Made by a program: the position numbers and the translations under genes | DNA from: Trichosphaerium sp. ATCC 40318 | Taxonomy: Eukaryota; Protista; Tubulinea | Reading direction: 5' to 3' | NCBI GenBank assembly: GCA_038496445.1 | Contig: JALMLS010000344.1 | Span: 62,001 to 126,000, forward strand | Length of the DNA stretch: 64,000 bases | The notes under the pieces: generated by a model | What the model was told of the DNA's origin: nothing | The model's database searches: none | What the model saw: only the letters and a program-made list of their open reading frames with translations | In this document: positions 58,626 through 64,000 of the stretch, one piece after another | Layout of the letters: each line of letters starts with the position of its first letter | Position numbering within the stretch: position 1 is the stretch's first letter

Positions 58626-61600
58626 TTAGTCTGCGAGAATTAAGAGTTCAATAAATTTGTGCTCTTGCTTTTGGCTTTGATAAATTACATTGGGGTTACT
58701 CGAAGGACAAGTCAACAAGCAAGGTGCCCATACGACTGCTAGATTACTAGCAGGCATCTTTGTTATTTCAACATTTTCTGGGGAACAAATCTTACGCAGA
58801 AACTTAAGCAAGTACGTAATAACCTAAAAGATACCAACGTAAGAACAATATCCAGAAAAATACAGAAGCAAATCCCAAAAAAAACAACGTACTCGTCTAT
58901 GACTTGTTGGTAATTCCTTTACAAGTTGTATTGCGTTTTCTGACTTGAATATAGTGCCTAGAATAACATTTAGCATTAACACAGTTTCAACAGTATTTCA
59001 AAAGAGCGTACGTGTACAACGAGTATACATAGATGCTGGAAACAATGGTTCTTCAAGTTCTCGAAACCATTGTTTGAGGAGAGATGCTCCTAAGGAACCA
59101 TTTAGTTGTCAAAAAAGACAAAAAAAATATTTCGTACCGATGTGCGCTTCGCGAAGCTTGAAAGTATAGTCATCTGACTCTATTTGCTGCTTTACATCAA
59201 GCATTTCTCCTACAGTACCAGGTATACGGAATATACCTTCTTGACGATATGCTAACCAACTGTTAGATACTTGTTCAAAAAACTAAAAAATAATCACTGA
59301 TACCTTGTAGTCTATTTAACTCTTTAATCAGTGATTGTAATATACGTGGGATAAAGCTATCCTCTGCTACACTCATAATATCGTCAAGTGCACCACCGTA
59401 CACTGAAATGTCAAATGGCCTCTTACGAGCTTGTGACAGAGCCTCCATAGTAGGAAGTAACTGCATTGTGCCTTGCCTTCCAATAAGTGGAAGTCTTAAA
59501 AAAAAATCAATATTTTCGCTGCAGCAAACAAAACATCATGTTTATGTTCCTACTAACCTTCTTGCGCAATACTTGGCATAAACTGGCACCAATTGCTCTT
59601 CTAGTTTTTGAGCTTCAATAAAGTACTGTTTTAGCCAAGCTTCTAAAAAACAGTAAGTACAACAAAAAGTTATTAAAAAAAAGTTCAGCGTTTTTGAAGT
59701 TTGTGTTCACATGCCTAAATCACGACTTGGAGGAAAGTATTGAATACATACTGACATTAAAGCCCATCCACTTTCTAAAGAATCTCTAAAAAAATAAAAA
59801 ATGAGAACCAACCAAAACATGTACTAAAAAACCAAACATTTCGTACATGTCGGGATTAAGATTAGTCTGTTTACAAAGCTGACAATATATTTCATCCTGT
59901 AGTTCTGGGAAACGTATTGCTACGTTTAATATCTTTCTGGCAAAGTATTCCGGAGAATATTGTCCTTTGGGTAACCTATCACCCATGTAGAACTTAAAAC
60001 ACACGTAAGTTACTTAAATTACAACAAAAACAAGCAAGTACTTACTTGAATATTCTTGAACACCTCGCTAGCTTCCTTCTTTGCAACTGTCTTAACACGA
60101 AGCAGAGAAGAAGATGGTGGACTCTAAAACATAAGTTAAAAACAGCAAGCAACAATAAATGCACTCACTTTACTCCATTGCAAAAGTCTCATTACTGGTA
60201 GAGTCTTTCGTCTCAAGAAAAATCCCTTCTTAATAGTCTTAAAGTACTTCTCTGCGTATCCTTGTAAACAAAACAAGTTGATATCATTCTGCAGCGTATT
60301 GGGCAGTCTAACAGATGTAAGTTTCAGAAAAAGCAATAGAGTAAGCGCACTTATTAAATGTTGTTCCTTGAGCAAACGAATGAGCTCTATCCATCTTTGG
60401 TTTCTTTTTTTCTTGTCCAGGAGCCGCCACTGCAGTCATAGTAGATGCACGAGTCATACGTGAAACATCAACTGAGGCTAGACTTGAACTTGCTAGCGGT
60501 GATGTACCTAGCGGCGATATAGTAGCACGTGGTCCACTTGCTAGAGGTGATGATGTTCGTGGAGGAGTAGGCGGTGCTCTTGAAGACGCTACAAGATCTC
60601 CCTCAAATGCAACGCGACGCTCCGAGCGTTCTGAAAGTGGTGGAGAGACAACAGACTTTAGTTTCTAAATAACATAAATTCAATGTTGCCGAAAAGAAGA
60701 GAAAGTAATCATAATATAACTTACTCTTCGTTCTTCAGATTTACGCCTGGACGACTTCCTACGTGCCCATGATCTAAAAGATGTACCCACACTCTTTGAT
60801 TTATCGTGCTCGTAATGCTGATTCCACGTATTCGCTAGGTCATTTCCTTTTCTAATTAAAGAATATGAGTACTCAAAAAAAGGTGCTTTTCAACTTACGT
60901 TGGCTTTGCTGGTTCAGTTTCTATTTGGAAGGTACCACGTCTATGTACTTCGGCACTTGGTTGCTGCGTAGGTTGTAATGACAATGATCGCGCCGCTTCC
61001 TGAGGATGTGTCTTCTCTGGTACTTGGTGGAAAGCACTACGAGATAGCGGCGATCCAGAGCGCTTAATACCAGGAGGTAACTCTGTTGGCAACTCTGGTT
61101 CACTATTAGTAACATCCATTGGCGGCGCAGGGCTTGCAGCTCTTGGAGGTTCTAAGGGAATGTCTGGTTTTTCTGGTTCAGGCTCTTGCACAGGAGAAGG
61201 TTGTGGCTGGACACCATGTGGATTAAAGTAAGAATATCCTCGTCGCATGCCTGGAGAGTTCATAGGAGACATTTTAGCTTCTTCCTCTTGTTCTTGAATA
61301 TGAGGAGAGAGCACTGACGGTTCTTCCAGCACTTGCTCTTCGCCAATATTCGACTTGAACTGATTTATCACTGACATCATACCTCCAACCTTTGGAAAAT
61401 ATGATTTGTTTTGAGTTGGCAGTCTGTGAAAATAAGATAAGAACATGTAGGTACAATGAAGACTTACTTTTTTGCAGGTGGAGCTCTGGAAGGAGGTCCG
61501 TTTGAGGAAGGCTTCCTAGAAGAAGGTGGCTGTCTTGCTGGAGGTGCATCAACTGAAGGTGGCACTGGACGCTTTATTAAGCGTGGTGGGGCCTTTGCCT

Positions 61601-63672
61601 TTGGAGGTACTGGCCTTGTCAGCATACTACCGCGTTTTGATAGTGTCTTAACACCAAGTGGCAGGTTAGCACGAGGAGACAGCTCGCTTGTTCTTTTAGG
61701 TGGAGATCTTGGTGGAGGTCTGTTTGGCGCTGGAGAGCTGACTCTCTCAATGTGAGGCTCCATCTGAGGACTGCTGGGTGGTGGACGCTTTGGAGGAGGC
61801 GACGTAGAATGCAATTGAGGATTGAAAGCCTCTGTTCTTGGAGAATGGTGTCGAGGTGAAGGGTCTGCTGGGCTCGAAGAGCGTAAGTTAGGAGGAGGTG
61901 CCATCTGCGGAGGTGTAGGTCTCCTAGTAAGAACTGGGGGCGGTCTGCGCGGTTGATGTAGGTCTGCCTTGGTTAAGGAAGAACTCCGAAGCTTATCGTT
62001 TTGTTGTGGAGTAGGTCGCGTGAATCCCATTACTCCATAAGATAGTCTGTTTCCTGGTTTAAGTAATCCCTTAGGAACTGTATTAATTTTTGAGCTTGCA
62101 CCAACACTCATGCTCTTTCTAATTTTTAATTGAGGAGAGCCTGTTGGCTTTTGTGCAATAGATATTGTCGAGTCAAAACTTGAACTTTTAGTAGGAGCTT
62201 CAAAGAGTTTTCCCGGTTCGTGAGTAGTGAACAAAGGTTGCTGTACTGTGCTCGATTCTGTAACTGGTACTGTATTTACTGAGGCTCCCTATAAAAGGAT
62301 TAATTGGAGGTACAAGCAACAAACAAGTCGTACATTTGAACCCTCAATGTTTTCTGCACCAGCAGGCGACAATGGCTGAGGTGTGGCGTTTTGAATAGGC
62401 GGTAAACGGATATGGTAAGAGTTTGGTGCTGAATCTGCAGTATCCTCAAAACCTAATGTTGAAGCAGTCCCAGAAGCACGGCCATGAAAGGTCAGACCAC
62501 TTCTGGGAGAAGTTGAGAATACGTGAGTAGGCGCTGTGCGGGCAGGCGGCTCTGATTCAGGCACTAAAATAGGCTCTGACCTTACAGTTGAAGTAACTGG
62601 CTCAATTACTACTCTTTCATTTCTTGGTGCTGGTGCAGCACGCGCTGGTGGCGCCTGGTCGATCACATCAGGCACAGCACGAGCAGGTACCATAGGCACA
62701 GTACGGACAGGTGGTCCATCACCTGGAGCCTCAAGTGGTACCACTGGAAGCACTGGAGCTGCGCGCTTAGGAGGACCAGATACATCCTTTTTGATGCATT
62801 GTAACTGTGGTTTTAATTCTTGTTGAATTGGTTCTACATAAACCAGTTGAGTATCTGGATTACATTTATTTTTCCCATACCTGTGACGCTTGTATCTGCA
62901 CCACCTCCAATATGTGTATGAGCGACTTGACTATCAATCTCTCTTACCTACAATCAGTTAAATATTTGCAGTGTTACTTTTAGAATCAGTACATTTTGAT
63001 AAGGTACTTGAGCTTTTTGCCACGACGTTGTACTTGGTGATTGTGAAGTAGGAGTAGTAGACACTTGGGGTTGCACATGTGTTACGGGTATATCGACAGG
63101 TGCTGCTATTGACAAGTTTGCAAGAGCTTTCGGGCGGGCAGGAATGAATGCGCTTTTTGGTTGAGGTGTAGGCGCAGTAGGAATTGGCTCTACTTCATCT
63201 ACAAGCGCTACAGAGCTAATCAGTGGCTCTTGAGGTGGACTGACATTTTGTTGAACTTCAGTATCAATACTGGCATTATTTACGGTTTTTTGAGGTTGTG
63301 TTTGTTCGTGAACCGTTTCGACGTTGGATTCCGGTACATTCTCTTCTTTAACTTCTGTATCAGGCGCGTCTAACCACTGGGAATCGAATTGTACACTTGG
63401 AATATGAGGTAAGTCGTCAACGTTACTGTAATCGCCTAAATCGAGCTCAAGTTCTTGTGCGTCACTGGCATCAACTTTTATATCAATATCTGGCAAAGAG
63501 TTCGTTTGCTCTGTGTCTTTGGTTAACTATACTGCATAGTAGCTTAAAATAACGTACCGGGAAGCGATTGGTCCGTAGTAAATGCCGAGTCAAGCGCACC
63601 AGTCATCTGCGACAGCATATCATCGAGCTTACCCAATCCAAACGTTATTTCGCGTATCTGGTCGTCATTCAT
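58626..63672 (-). CDS. Long Pro/Ser-rich N-terminus + MyTH4 + RhoGAP (ARHGAP39-like)
   Basis: MyTH4: FKNIQ/FYMGDR..LQDEIYCQLCKQTNLNP..GWALMSVCIQYFPPS. RhoGAP: EGIFRIPG (arginine finger), ASLLKQWFRELEEPLFP, KMPASNLAVVWAPCLL. GC-AG intron at 59643-59714. Confidence 0.9.
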
Positions 63673-64000
63673 AGTGCTAAAACCGTATATTATAAATAAA
63701 ACATTTTTTTGCGTTAATAGATTAATTTGGTAGTAAGTGTACGAGCCACTGGCGTAGTGTACACTACTGAATGAACTTGGTATGTCTAATGTGGCGAGCG
63801 CAGCTAGGAAAAGATTTACGTACCTAAAACCATTAACTATTTGGGTGAATGTGCGCTAGTTGTAGAGTGCGCTCTAAATATGCGTGCAGCGTTTGGCTGC
63901 TTAAACATAAAACAATTAAGTAAAGTTTTTTCGCTAAAGCATTCCACTTTCTCCACTAGGCAGTACCACTATTCTATTCTCTGCAATACCGAATAATGGC

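Noticed and set aside
61456-62826. Gly-rich + strand ORFs
   Set aside because: They are antisense shadows of the Pro-rich exons of the MyTH4-RhoGAP gene.

Overview
This is an AT-rich, gene-dense eukaryotic nuclear window with many short spliceosomal introns. The gene content (Roco kinase, TKL and Tyr kinases, paxillin-like LIM protein, MyTH4-RhoGAP) suggests an amoebozoan-type protist, but that taxonomy is inference. I assembled about 24 gene models by hand across introns, so exon boundaries and some starts are approximate. I recognised no rRNA, tRNA, CRISPR array or clear transposon. The standout locus is 11406-14896(+), where roughly 24 exons join into one reading frame: mitochondrial-type presequence, NCS/calcineurin-B-like EF-hand module, cyclic-nucleotide-binding-homology domain, and a complete bacterial-type (MaeB-like, no PTA domain) malic enzyme. 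This is a candidate Ca2+-gated mitochondrial malic enzyme that the ORF track shows only as fragments. Other notable items: a HEPN-motif (RNxxxH) protein with a low-complexity N-terminus; a Roco kinase with CARMIL-type LRRs and a degenerate Roc GTPase; an intronless half-kinase that stops at the catalytic loop; a U12-like intron, an 8-nt microexon and a GC-AG intron clustered on one kinase catalytic loop; an F-box protein with giant-virus-like LRRs; and an apparent excess of CACGTG palindromes.
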